DNA of 64,000 nt. Source: Candidatus Latescibacterota bacterium (GTDB lineage: Bacteria > Latescibacterota > UBA2968). The DNA lies in NCBI GenBank assembly GCA_965208125.1, contig OZ242320.1, positions 2,400,001 through 2,464,000 of the forward strand, in the 5' to 3' direction. Positions 10,372 to 20,059 of this stretch are shown here, one piece after another (position 1 is the stretch's first letter; each line of letters begins with the position of its first letter). The notes beneath the pieces are model-generated. The model was not told the DNA's origin and did not search any database. It worked only from the letters and a program-made list of their open reading frames with translations. The position numbers were made by a program, and so were the translations under genes.

Positions 10372-11355
10372 ATGGCTGACGTACACTATTTCCCGCGTTA
10401 CACACAACGCGAAAATTTTGTAACCAACAATACCTTGTTGCTGTTCCAGCGATTATACGACTACAATCTGCGAAAATTCGGTAAATTCCTAATGGAACTC
10501 AACGAGGACCTCGATTCGTTTTCAGGTCTTTTGGGATTACACATAAACCAGCAAATAAGAACCGGGAACAGCGTACCGGATGGCTTTATCGTCCAGCATC
10601 CGTTAAAAATTGTTATCGAAACAAAAATACATGAAGGGTTCGACGGATCCCAACTTCGTCGGCACTTGAACACGAACCAGGAACATCCCGATCTGGTCTT
10701 GATGTTGTTAAGCCCTCGGGGAGAACCAAGCGAGAAACTGGTCGCAAGCCTGCGGAATGATAAGGCAAAGATTGTTGTTACTTCATTTCGAGATATAATT
10801 GGTGCTGCCAGGAGGTGTTTATCAGAACACGATGAAGATATGAATGCCCTTGTAGATGATTACGAAGCATTTTGTAGCGAGTCTAAGTTGCTACCTCGGG
10901 ACGATTATACGCTATTCATCCCCCCTTGTGGTGAATCGTATGAGGTGAACGCTCGACTAAAACTCTATTGGTGTCCGGACCACCGAAATATAAGAAAGTC
11001 AAAATATCTGGGTATCTACACCAGTAAAGCAGTGCGGCATATTGGCCGTATAAGGGAGGTGGTCAGTTGCTACTTGAACGAGGATGGAACGCTGAATGTC
11101 ATTGAGGGAGAGCCTAACAGCGACGAGCAAGAGCGAATCAAGATGGCTATGCAAGAAGGAGGGGTTAGCCAAGGTCATAAATTCTTTTTGTGTTCTGAAA
11201 TGGAGGAGACATTTTTTCAGAAGCAGACGAAAGGGGGAATGCAAAGGCATCGCTACTTTGACCTGGGGGCAGATGTGCTTGAGGGAGATGAAAATGTACC
11301 GAATAGTCTTGCGAAACTCGCGGAGGAGCTCAAGAAAATCCCTTGGCCATTCTGA
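10372..11355 (+). CDS. Hypothetical protein with PD-(D/E)XK nuclease-like motif
   Basis: VPDGFI...IVIETK...QLRRH motif; AAGGAG RBS. Confidence 0.65.
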   Translation: MADVHYFPRYTQRENFVTNNTLLLFQRLYDYNLRKFGKFLMELNEDLDSFSGLLGLHINQQIRTGNSVPDGFIVQHPLKIVIETKIHEGFDGSQLRRHLNTNQEHPDLVLMLLSPRGEPSEKLVASLRNDKAKIVVTSFRDIIGAARRCLSEHDEDMNALVDDYEAFCSESKLLPRDDYTLFIPPCGESYEVNARLKLYWCPDHRNIRKSKYLGIYTSKAVRHIGRIREVVSCYLNEDGTLNVIEGEPNSDEQERIKMAMQEGGVSQGHKFFLCSEMEETFFQKQTKGGMQRHRYFDLGADVLEGDENVPNSLAKLAEELKKIPWPF

Positions 11356-11399
11356 TACAGGAAGTTCAGGTTAGTTGCGACTTTTAAGGAGGTATAAAT

Positions 11400-11543
11400 A
11401 TGATTGAGAACTGCGAAAAGTATAAAAGATTCATCAAAGCAGGTGGTGTTGGCTCAAGAGACAAAGTTGCTGATTCAATAAAGTCTTATGTGTCATATTT
11501 GAACAGCGTGTCAAGGCATTTGGATGGAGTTCCCCCGCTTTGA
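11400..11543 (+). pseudogene. 5' gene fragment truncated by element E3
   Basis: Strong AAGGAGG RBS; MIENCEKYKRFIKAGGVGSRDKVADSIKSYVSYLNSVSRHLD runs into E3 at 11525 and stops at 11543. Confidence 0.6.
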
Positions 11544-11616
11544 TGGAGTATTTAGGGCTTGGATTGATGCAGCTTTCTAACTACTGGTAAGTACCCACCG
11601 AAAAGGGGCAACTCCA
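11525..11616. mobile_element. Mini-element E3 with IS3-like TIRs
   Basis: Left TGGAGTTCCCCCGCTTTGATGGAGTA; right (rc) TGGAGTTGCCCCTTTTCGGTGGGTAC; shares TTTGATGGAGTATTTAGGGCTTGG with E1; 92 bp. Confidence 0.8.
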
Positions 11617-11646
11617 ACTTTGCTCAAGAATAAAATTTGTTGACTT

Positions 11647-11666
11647 TGTTCTTAAATTTGAGAACA
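11647..11666. promoter_or_regulatory. Palindromic operator upstream of the TA operon
   Basis: TGTTCTTAAATTTGAGAACA near-perfect palindrome next to TTGACT (11640-11645). Confidence 0.6.
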
Positions 11667-11711
11667 TTAAAATAAATATAGAAAGCTTCACTCAGGAAAT
11701 AACGATACTCA

Positions 11712-12089
11712 ATGCCGGAAATCCAGGTCATATTCTATCAAGAAACGAATGGAAACGTTCCAGTTCTCGCATGGCTTGATACACTCCTTCCTAAAGTCAA
11801 AGCCAAATGCATCGTGAAAATTGAACGACTCCAAAAATTAGGTCATGAACTTCGGAGGCCCGAATCTGATTACTTGAGAGACGACATCTATGAGCTTCGC
11901 ATCGCTTATCGCGGCATTCAATATCGGCTTCTTTACTTTTTTTGGGGACGTAATGCCACTGTGATCTCACACGGTATTGTTAAAGAACAGCGCGTGCCTT
12001 CCACAGAAATTAACCTCGCAATTCAAAGAAAAAGAAACTTTGAACAGAACCCCGGGCGACACACCTATTCGCTGGAGAATGATTCATGA
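11712..12089 (+). CDS. RelE/ParE/HigB-family type II toxin (Gp49-like)
   Basis: LRRPESDYLRDDIYELRI...YRLLYFF...ISHGIVK. Confidence 0.9.
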   Translation: MPEIQVIFYQETNGNVPVLAWLDTLLPKVKAKCIVKIERLQKLGHELRRPESDYLRDDIYELRIAYRGIQYRLLYFFWGRNATVISHGIVKEQRVPSTEINLAIQRKRNFEQNPGRHTYSLENDS

Positions 12090-12409
12090 AAACACAAAAG
12101 ACTACCGATGCCGTAGCGATTCTTCACAAACGCTATGTTGAAGGCGACCAGGAAATGGAAGCCCTGTTAAAAAGAGAAAGAATACACGCCGAAGTTGCTG
12201 CCCAACTCTACCAGATCAGAATCGAGTCTGGACTGTCCCAACGAGAATTGGCAAAAAAGGTTGGGACATCGGCATCTGTCATCTGCAGACTTGAAAATGC
12301 AGACTACGAAGGACACTCACTTGCTATGCTACGGCGAATCGCCGCCGCTTTACATAAACAGATTCGAATTTCTTTTCATCCTCTGCAAGAAACAGTATCG
12401 TCTCGCTAA
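12086..12409 (+). CDS. XRE/HigA-like HTH antitoxin
   Basis: GLSQRELAKKVGTSASVICRLENADY; ATGA overlap with toxin. Confidence 0.9.
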   Translation: MKTQKTTDAVAILHKRYVEGDQEMEALLKRERIHAEVAAQLYQIRIESGLSQRELAKKVGTSASVICRLENADYEGHSLAMLRRIAAALHKQIRISFHPLQETVSSR

Positions 12410-12414
12410 ATATC

Positions 12415-12489
12415 TGGACTTGACTCGTTTTAGTGGATAGTGCGGAAAGCACTCTTTATGCTGTTATACACCAAAACGAGTCGAGTCTA
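12415..12489. mobile_element. Mini-element E4 with IS3-like TIRs
   Basis: Left TGGACTTGACTCGTTTTAGTGGATAG; right (rc) TAGACTCGACTCGTTTTGGTGTATAA; 75 bp. Confidence 0.75.
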
Positions 12490-12519
12490 AGGTTAAAGAG
12501 ATATTATCGTCTATTTTAC

Positions 12520-14403
12520 TCACCTATCCAGTCCTGATGGCGCAACCTGCTCAGGACAGGCACTTTTTGCTCCTCGACCATTTTCCAATGGCAATGTCAG
12601 TCCAAATGTCGATCCCTTGCCCTGTTCGCTTTCGACATAGACCCGCTCGCCGTGTGCATCCATGATGTGCCGAACAATGGACAAGCCCAGGCCCGTCCCG
12701 CCCATTGCCCGTGAGCGCCCTTTATCGACCCGGTAAAATCGCTCAAAAATGCGATCCATATCTGACAGTGGAACCCCAATACCCGTGTCCTTTACTTCAA
12801 GTGCAATACGGCGCGTGCGGGTCTGATTTTCAATTCCCTCGGGTCTATTGCGACGGTTTTCTCGATCATTTTCCACAGGCTTGAAATCTCGCGTCTGAAT
12901 CCAGATTTTACCCTCTTCAGGCGTGTATTTTACGGCGTTGTCGAGCAAATTGAACAATGCCTGTTCAATGAGCTTGTGATCGCACTGCACCTGCACATTT
13001 TTTTTCGTGTTTATCTCGATGGTAAGGTTTTTTTCTTTTGCCAGTGGGCGTATTTGTCCAACGACGGAATTGATCATCTCATGTAGGGGATAAACGCCTG
13101 TCTCAAGAGGTAGCGCGCCGGATTCTATACGCGACAAATCCAGAATATCTTCTACCAGATTGTGCAAGCGATCCGCATGGGTGTTGATCATTTTTACGAA
13201 TCGCTGTGAGGCTTCCCGGTCGTCTAAGGCGCCGTCTGCCAGCGTGGATGCACATCCTTTAATGGTTGTAAGCGGGGTGCGCAATTCATGGGAAACATTG
13301 GCGACAAAATCTTTGCGAATGCGCTCCAGACGGCGCAATTCCGTGATGTCGTAAAAAATAGTTACAGAACCCGCGATATGATCATCTTGCAAAATAGGTG
13401 CAATCTGTACATCGAAATGGCGTTCTCGGTCGTCTGAGCGGATGAGATCTAAAAATACCGCTTGTCCGGTTTTCAGGGTTTGATCAATTGCATTTTGCAC
13501 ATCCCGATGGCGCACAAGCTCAATGGGCATGCGCCCTTCAATGGCGTCAGACACCCCAAATAGCTTTTCAAATGTCTGATTGCCCATCAGGATGCGCCCA
13601 CTCTGGTCCGTGACCAGAATGGCTTCTGTAATGCTCGTCAAGACGGCTTCTAAACGCGATTTTTCAAGTGTGATTTGTCCGATGTGCGTCTGGACCTGCC
13701 GACGCATGTCGTCTAATGCTGTGCCCAAATCGCGCAATTCTCGCGTGGATCTAACGCGGAGTGTGGGGTGTTTTAATCGTCCCGAAGCAATGTTTTGGAC
13801 GAACCAGATGGCATCTAAAATCGGACGCGAGATATATCGCGAGGTGGCATAAGCCAATAACAGGGCGAGGCATAATCCCAGTATGGATACTATCCATATC
13901 GCCTGTGAAATCAATTGTTTTATATGCGCCATCTCGCGCAAGGGCAGGGCCAATCTCAGGACATAATGTCCATCGCCAATTTCAGGTACTGCCGTTGCGA
14001 CATATAATATTTCGGTATCCAGTGTGTTGCTATAACGCAAGCTACTTCCCCGCCCCTGTTGACGTGCCGCGCTGATTTCTGGATGATCGGTGTGATTCTC
14101 CAGAGCGCTCAGATCGGATGGATCGGTTTCCGAATCGGCCAATACGCGTCCCTGGCTGTTGATCAGCGTTGCACGCACGCCAAAACGCAATCCCACTTCG
14201 TTGATAAGTGGAATGAGTCTCTCGTCGGTATTTGCCACCTCGCTGAGATGCACGCGGGCAAAACGCACCTCGCGCAAAAGTCTCTGCTCGAGATGAGAAA
14301 CCCAAAAGTCGCGTATGGCGCGATCCAGATATAGATGTGCAGATGCCAGTACCAGTACCAGTACAGAAAGACAGGCGAGCATCCATTTCCAGTGCAAACG
14401 CAT
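12520..14403 (-). CDS. phoR: PhoR-like sensor histidine kinase (TM-HAMP-PAS-HisKA-HATPase)
   Basis: RKDFVANVSHELRTPLTTIKG; IFERFYRVDKGRSR..GGTGLGL; start at MRLHWKW. Confidence 0.8.
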   Translation of the reverse strand: MRLHWKWMLACLSVLVLVLASAHLYLDRAIRDFWVSHLEQRLLREVRFARVHLSEVANTDERLIPLINEVGLRFGVRATLINSQGRVLADSETDPSDLSALENHTDHPEISAARQQGRGSSLRYSNTLDTEILYVATAVPEIGDGHYVLRLALPLREMAHIKQLISQAIWIVSILGLCLALLLAYATSRYISRPILDAIWFVQNIASGRLKHPTLRVRSTRELRDLGTALDDMRRQVQTHIGQITLEKSRLEAVLTSITEAILVTDQSGRILMGNQTFEKLFGVSDAIEGRMPIELVRHRDVQNAIDQTLKTGQAVFLDLIRSDDRERHFDVQIAPILQDDHIAGSVTIFYDITELRRLERIRKDFVANVSHELRTPLTTIKGCASTLADGALDDREASQRFVKMINTHADRLHNLVEDILDLSRIESGALPLETGVYPLHEMINSVVGQIRPLAKEKNLTIEINTKKNVQVQCDHKLIEQALFNLLDNAVKYTPEEGKIWIQTRDFKPVENDRENRRNRPEGIENQTRTRRIALEVKDTGIGVPLSDMDRIFERFYRVDKGRSRAMGGTGLGLSIVRHIMDAHGERVYVESEQGKGSTFGLTLPLENGRGAKSACPEQVAPSGLDR

Positions 14404-14404
14404 T

Positions 14405-15097
14405 CTATGCTCTTTCTCGACGGAAGCGATAGCCCACGCCCCGCACGGTTTCAATCCATTCGCCTGACTCACCGAGTTTTTCGCGCAACCGCCTGATGTG
14501 TGTATCGACCGTGCGCCCATAGCCGCTGTATTCATACCCCCATACTGTGTCGAGTAAGTCGTCGCGCGTTTGCACGCGCCCGCGGCGTTCGATCAGGGTC
14601 AGGAGCAACTTAAATTCCGTGCCCGTCAATTCCAATGGGTCACCGTCTAACAGAGCCTGATGTGCGGCTTTATCGATAGATATCGGTCCCGTATGTAGCC
14701 AGGCATCAGTGGTCGATTGCGAACTGTCCTGACTGCGCCGCAGAATCGCCTGCGCCCGCAAGACGAGTTCGCGCGGGGAAAAGGGTTTGACAACGTAGTC
14801 ATCGGCTCCTAATTCCAATCCCACAATGCGATCTACTTCCTCTTTGCGCGCGGTCAACATCAAGATGGGTATGTGACGGGTTCGAGCATCTTGTTTTAAT
14901 TGCCGGCACATATCCAGTCCGTCGATGCCCGGCAGCATCAGGTCCAGTATGATCAAATCTGGCAGAACCTCCTGAACGCTCTGGAGAGCACGCTCGGCAT
15001 CTTCTGCTGTTTCAACATCTAACCCAGCCTGATCGAGGTTGTAGCGCACCATTTCCAAAATATCAGGTTCGTCTTCAACCACCAGAATTTTGTTCAT
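14405..15097 (-). CDS. phoB: PhoB/OmpR-family response regulator
   Basis: KILVVEDE, LDLMLPG, GADDYVVKPFS, RTVDTHIRRLREKL; adjacent to phoR-like gene. Confidence 0.8.
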   Translation of the reverse strand: MNKILVVEDEPDILEMVRYNLDQAGLDVETAEDAERALQSVQEVLPDLIILDLMLPGIDGLDMCRQLKQDARTRHIPILMLTARKEEVDRIVGLELGADDYVVKPFSPRELVLRAQAILRRSQDSSQSTTDAWLHTGPISIDKAAHQALLDGDPLELTGTEFKLLLTLIERRGRVQTRDDLLDTVWGYEYSGYGRTVDTHIRRLREKLGESGEWIETVRGVGYRFRRERA

Positions 15098-15122
15098 TTT
15101 AATCTCCTGAACGGTGGTCAAA

Positions 15123-17413
15123 TTATAGTGAACGTTTGAGAACAAAAACCATGTCAATGGCTTGTAATTGTTCGGTCAGCTTATCCAGGGTGTTCAGTTC
15201 AGACAGGTTGACAGGTGTTTGCAATAGGTGCTGAATATCGCGATGGTCAAAAATGCGTTGCGGTGGTGTTTCGTAGCCTTTTGCTTCTACGTGGATCTGG
15301 CTGGTCGCAGGCACCCAAATTTGAAATGTTCCGCGTGGAGCCTCTGTTTGCAGGACTGTTCTGCCAATGGGATCAATCGCTCGAATAACGGTTTTGGGTA
15401 CAGAAGAACTGTCAGCCATTTCAATTTTGCCTTGCACGATAGCCTGAACAGGTTGGGGGGGGGCGAAATTTTTTGTTTCGAAGTAGATTGGATTCGTCAA
15501 TGCCACGCGCGATGTATCTATACCATAGCACCGGGCGAGGTACCAGCAATTGACAGTATCTTCGAGTGCTGTTGATATCCGATATTTTCGCGGTTGTTCT
15601 TCCAGATCCCAACTCTGGATTACCCGTGCATTGCGAATTAGTTCAATGCGCGTCAAATACGCATCGGGTTTGGCGGCTGCCCAGGCGTGAATTGTTGCTC
15701 GTCTTTTGCGGCCTGTGGGCAATTGGTTGCCGGGTCCGGCTGCAAAGACGGATAATGAGATTAGAGGTCCGTTGGTTATCATATTTTGGCCGCTGGCAAT
15801 TGCGCGCATCAGTCTATCGGCTGTCAGATCGCCGGGCACCTGTGTGTATGTGCGAAAATGTTTGGCGGAAAGAGCTGTACCCGCAATGCGGTATCCCCGA
15901 TTGAGCAGTGCAAACCACAGCGCTCGCATATCGGGATGCGCGATGTCGAGTGCGTCAAAAGCCGGGCCTGCGAGAATATCGAATAACGATGTGCCAAAAA
16001 TATCTGTATAGCCAACAATACCGCGATCTAAGCGCGTCTGGGCATGTATCTCGAATCCGTTTTTTTCAGGGGTAAATAGCCCCGTGGTGCCCAATACCCA
16101 TTGTTTTCCCCCGCGGGTTTCAACATATTTGCCGGGTAGTGTCAATATTAAATTTCCATTCGCATTTACTGGCAAGGCGACCCAGTCCAGTCCGCGTGCC
16201 CGCGCATCATTGGCAGTGCTATTGAGAAAATCGCCACCCACCCATCCCCGCGCATGGAGATCTCCCCAGGGTTTGAAGGGCAATTCTACCATGTGTTCAC
16301 GACCGGGTATGAGGTGCAAGACCTGTGGTTCTGGCGGCAGGTGCGCAAAACCGCGCATTGCGGATATGGTGATTGTTTGGGGTGGTAGATCAATTGCAAA
16401 TTCACTGTCGGCGACAAAGCCGCGTTCTGCAAATCCCGTTTGTAAAATATTACCCAGAGAATCGGCGACGATTACCCGGCCCAATAGGGGTTGTCCGGTA
16501 TCGGCATTAAAAAGATGACCGCGCAATCGGACCGCTTTTTTGTCGCCAACATAGGTCCGGGCGCTGAGGTGAGCCAACCGCACTTGCACATAGACGCCAC
16601 CCACATTTTCATCGGCGTCACGCAATATGGCTGTCGCTGTGCCATTTTCTATTTGTGCCCAGGGGGTTATTTGCCCGCGACTCGCTTCAAAAATAACCAC
16701 GGCTCCATCATGAGAAACCACACTGTCCTGTTGAGTTACCTGGTGAGGTAGCGCGACAACGCTGTCTTGTATGGTCACGCGCACCCTTGAGACGCGTGCG
16801 CCACTTGTGGGAAAATCCGCTGCTTTTAATTCAAGGCCGAGGGGCATTCGCGATGCGATTTTGTGCAGACGCACGTCGTCAAAAGCCGCTTCTTTTCCGT
16901 GTATGAGACAAATCACACGCCCAAATACGGCTTTTGTGGGTGCTAAAAAAGTTCCTGTCCATTGCGTCCACGACGCGTTTGTTGCTTCTGTTGTTGTGCT
17001 GCTTTCGCCCACCGGAGTCTGATCTTCTGACAACCATCGGATGCGTGCATAAGCCCTTGCGCTGTCGGCACGCGCCCATCCGGTTAAGACATAAACGGCT
17101 CCCGGCTGAATACCGACGGGATCGCTGATGAGTGCGGTGGGTTCCCCCCGCGGCCCTCCCAGCATGAGAACTGAGGTTTTGCCGCTTTGAGCGCGTTCAT
17201 GTTCGACCATGATCCGCGTAGAATCGGGTACGGGAGACCAATTTACAGGTATCTGCGATGCTGTTATTTGTTCAAACCCCCCGTTGGGCATGTCTGCCCA
17301 GAGGTGTGCGGTAAGGGAGAAAAAGAAAAAAAGCGGTAAGAAGTGAGACGTGAGATATGAGAGGTCCACCCAAAACCGCCCCAATGTTTTCCATCTGTGT
17401 TTATCCGTGTTCA
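15123..17413 (-). CDS. Secreted hypothetical: carbohydrate-binding-like N-domain + degenerate CehA/McbA-type (PHP-like) domain
   Basis: Signal-like helix, NGGFE start of CBM-like domain, ITNGPLI and ALTNPIYF motifs; start uncertain. Confidence 0.55.
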
Positions 17414-17425
17414 TCTGTGGTTGCT
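17335..17425. repeat. Heptamer repeat (TCTCACG-like x4) plus CAGATGAACAC repeat
   Basis: Minus strand TCTCATA TCTCACG TCTCACT TCTTACC (17362-17335) and CCACAGATGAACACGGATAAACACAGATGG (17420-17391). Confidence 0.6.
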
Positions 17426-17427
17426 TT

Positions 17428-19389
17428 TCACTTTTCCATGACAAATTGAATATCATCCGCCCAGGGATCTACCCGCGTCAGGCGTACGCTTATGCGTTCA
17501 CCCGCACTGATTTGTCCGGATAGGCGCATGTCAACTTGTAAAGCGTAATCCAGGATTTCGATCCGGGCGCGCTGATCCCAGATATTTAGTACGAGTGCGT
17601 CAAATACCTGTCCTCTGTATTGCGAGAGATGGTGGTATATCCAGTAGCGCTCTCGTCGCTGTTCCAGGCGATTGATCAGGCGGAGGCGTTCTTCGACGTA
17701 GGGACAGAGTTCTGTCAGGTCGTCCAGAGAATAGGGCAAGGCTTTATTGTCGATGATGGCGACGAGTTGTCGCTGTGATATCAGGTCCAGAAATCGCCTC
17801 AAGGGAGATGTGGTCTGGCAATAGGGTTCTACCCCCAGGCCACCGTGCAGACCGGGTTGTAGTGAGATTGCCGCTGCGCGCATGCGCGTCAATACCCGAT
17901 ACCGGTGCAATTGCTCGATGTCCGTGGGTTCTAAATCGGAGAGGTCGGGTGCGTCTTGTACGCGAAAGATCGCGGGTGCGTTTTGCTCAACACACAATTT
18001 TGCGGCTTCGACATTGGTTTTGACCATCAGTTCACTGACCAGCAGATCGGCGCTGGAGTCGCGTTTTTTTAGTTCGATATTCACGGTTCCATCAGCCGAG
18101 ATATCCACGCGGCGGTCAACTTGATCAACTGCTATAGCACCGGCTTCTACGCGGTGTATCAAAAGCGATTCTGCCGCGTCAAATAGAGATGATAACATCG
18201 CGTGTCTGGGATGCGTCGCATCGTCGAGTATTGCGTCTGCTTCGTCATAACTCAGTTTTTCACAACATCGGATGACGGAAAGCGTCCAGGTCGGGGTTTC
18301 CATTATGTCATCTGGTCCCACATCCCACAAGAGGCTGACGGCCAACCGATTTTCATGCGGGATAAGACTGCCCAGGTTTTCCGATAAGACGGGTGGCAAC
18401 ATGGGGTATTTTGCTTCTGGCAAGTATAGACTTGCGCCGCGGTTTCTGGCTTCTTCGTTGAGGGTTGAATGCGCGGGGATCAGTGTGGAGACATCGGTGA
18501 TATGCACGCCAACTTGATAGCTGCCGTCTTCTCGAAATTGAACCGATACCGCATCGTCCATGTCTGTTGTCGATGCATCGTCAATGGTTACGGCATCCAG
18601 ATACGTCAGGTCCTGGCGGTGCGCAGGTTGAAATCCGTTGTACATTGCCTGGATCTCGTCCGCTTCTTTGATCAATAGGTCGGGAAAATTCAGAGGTATG
18701 TCTTCGCGCATCAATTCGACAAAGGCATGCTGGTCCCATACGCCTTCGGCAACTAAGCGATCAAAGGCTTTGCGCGCAGAGAGGGTCTCGCCAGCCATGC
18801 GTTCCAGCCAGTGTGCATATTTGCTCTGTTCGCCGTGTAGTGCGACGTCTTTTAGCCGATCGATCCATTCGTCATTGCCGGTGCCCTGAAACTGTAGCCA
18901 TTTCAAAAATGCCTCTCGTTCCGCTTCGCGCTCTTTGCCACGGGCGACCACTTCCAGTCTGTGGCTGACTTCTGTCCGATCAACTGCGCGAAATCCCCGT
19001 CCTTCGGTATCGAAGTAGGTACTTGTTTCCAATGCGACTAAAAATGCCGACATGTGTTCCGATGTCGGCGTGTTATTGTAATACAGTTCGGCCAGTTCGT
19101 TCAAGTGCCAGATTTCATCTTCTTCTACGAGGAGTTCCCACAGGTCGCAAAGGTCAATGTCGGCGCTTGTGGTTTCTGCGCGATTGAGCCACGCTGTGCC
19201 AGCGGTTTTGTCATTTCCGATGTGTCCGGTTGTCTGAAGAATATTTTCTATGGGTACATTATGAGACGTACGCGCCGATACCGCAAATCTGGCTCTGGTA
19301 TGTGAGATGTTGACACACACGCCCGCCATGAGCCGATTTCTGTAGCGGAACAAAGCTATTTCGTTTTCTTTGGGTAAGATATAATTCAT
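17428..19389 (-). CDS. RNase II/RNB-domain exoribonuclease
   Basis: TIDDASTTDMDDAVS catalytic motif; TSPLRRFLDL; C-terminal S1-like region. Confidence 0.9.
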   Translation of the reverse strand: MNYILPKENEIALFRYRNRLMAGVCVNISHTRARFAVSARTSHNVPIENILQTTGHIGNDKTAGTAWLNRAETTSADIDLCDLWELLVEEDEIWHLNELAELYYNNTPTSEHMSAFLVALETSTYFDTEGRGFRAVDRTEVSHRLEVVARGKEREAEREAFLKWLQFQGTGNDEWIDRLKDVALHGEQSKYAHWLERMAGETLSARKAFDRLVAEGVWDQHAFVELMREDIPLNFPDLLIKEADEIQAMYNGFQPAHRQDLTYLDAVTIDDASTTDMDDAVSVQFREDGSYQVGVHITDVSTLIPAHSTLNEEARNRGASLYLPEAKYPMLPPVLSENLGSLIPHENRLAVSLLWDVGPDDIMETPTWTLSVIRCCEKLSYDEADAILDDATHPRHAMLSSLFDAAESLLIHRVEAGAIAVDQVDRRVDISADGTVNIELKKRDSSADLLVSELMVKTNVEAAKLCVEQNAPAIFRVQDAPDLSDLEPTDIEQLHRYRVLTRMRAAAISLQPGLHGGLGVEPYCQTTSPLRRFLDLISQRQLVAIIDNKALPYSLDDLTELCPYVEERLRLINRLEQRRERYWIYHHLSQYRGQVFDALVLNIWDQRARIEILDYALQVDMRLSGQISAGERISVRLTRVDPWADDIQFVMEK

Positions 19390-19456
19390 ACACGATTTGT
19401 GTACATCAAGTAAAACGGCAGACGATACAATCCGTCTGCCGCGAGTCAATACATCC

Positions 19457-19894
19457 CTATATTGTTGGCAATAATGCCTCGGGATGCTTGCGCGCATCCA
19501 CGTTGGTATGGATTTGCGCGATTGTCCCATCGGGTGCAATGAGGTATGTCATGCGTTTGGCTGCGCGGTCCGATGCCGATTGACAAGCCCCATAAGATAG
19601 ACAGATTTCGCGTTCTGTGTCGCACAACAGGGGATATTCAAATTCCTGTGTTTCTGCAAATTTGGCGTTGGCGGCAACGCTGTCTGTGCTCACGCCCAGA
19701 ATTTGCACATTTCTATCTGCATAGTCCTGGATTCGCTCCTGGAATCCCACACCTTCAGCCGTTCAGCCACCCGTGCTTGCTCTGGGATAAAACCAGAGTA
19801 CGACGGTTTTGCCGCGATAATCACTGAGTTTTACTGCATTGCCTGTGTGGTCTTTGACCAGAAAATCAGGCGCGATATCGCCAACATTGAGCAT
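19457..19894 (-). CDS. bcp: Peroxiredoxin BCP/PrxQ, selenocysteine-containing (TGA codon 44)
   Basis: MLNVGDIAPDF...VVLWFYPRASTGG-TGA-TAEG continues in frame into ORF 19457-19750; AGGAGG RBS. Confidence 0.9.
19729..19747 (-). promoter_or_regulatory. Candidate bacterial SECIS hairpin
   Basis: GGATTC-CAGGAGC-GAATCC starting 15 nt after the in-frame TGA (19765-19763). Confidence 0.6.
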
Positions 19895-20059
19895 TATGAC
19901 CTCCTGAAAAAAATTGAAGTGTTGACAGACGGTGGCAATATAGGCAAACAGGATGTGTAAATCCAGTGAGAAGTAAGAAGTAAAAGCGGAAACAAACCTT
20001 TACCGCATTCCCTGTTCTGTTTATCTTGGGATTGACAACTGATAACTGAGGATTATTTC

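Noticed and set aside
8974-12489. E1-E4 as integron attC sites
   Set aside because: They lack the RYYYAAC...GTTRRRY arrangement, have TG...CA ends, cargo lies in both orientations, and no intI is present
19390-19539. N-terminal extension of the RNase II ORF
   Set aside because: Overlaps the bcp 3' end in another frame; the start at 19389 is more plausible
19457-19750. bcp as a truncated gene or pseudogene
   Set aside because: The only stop is TGA at the catalytic Cys position with a downstream hairpin, which favours selenocysteine
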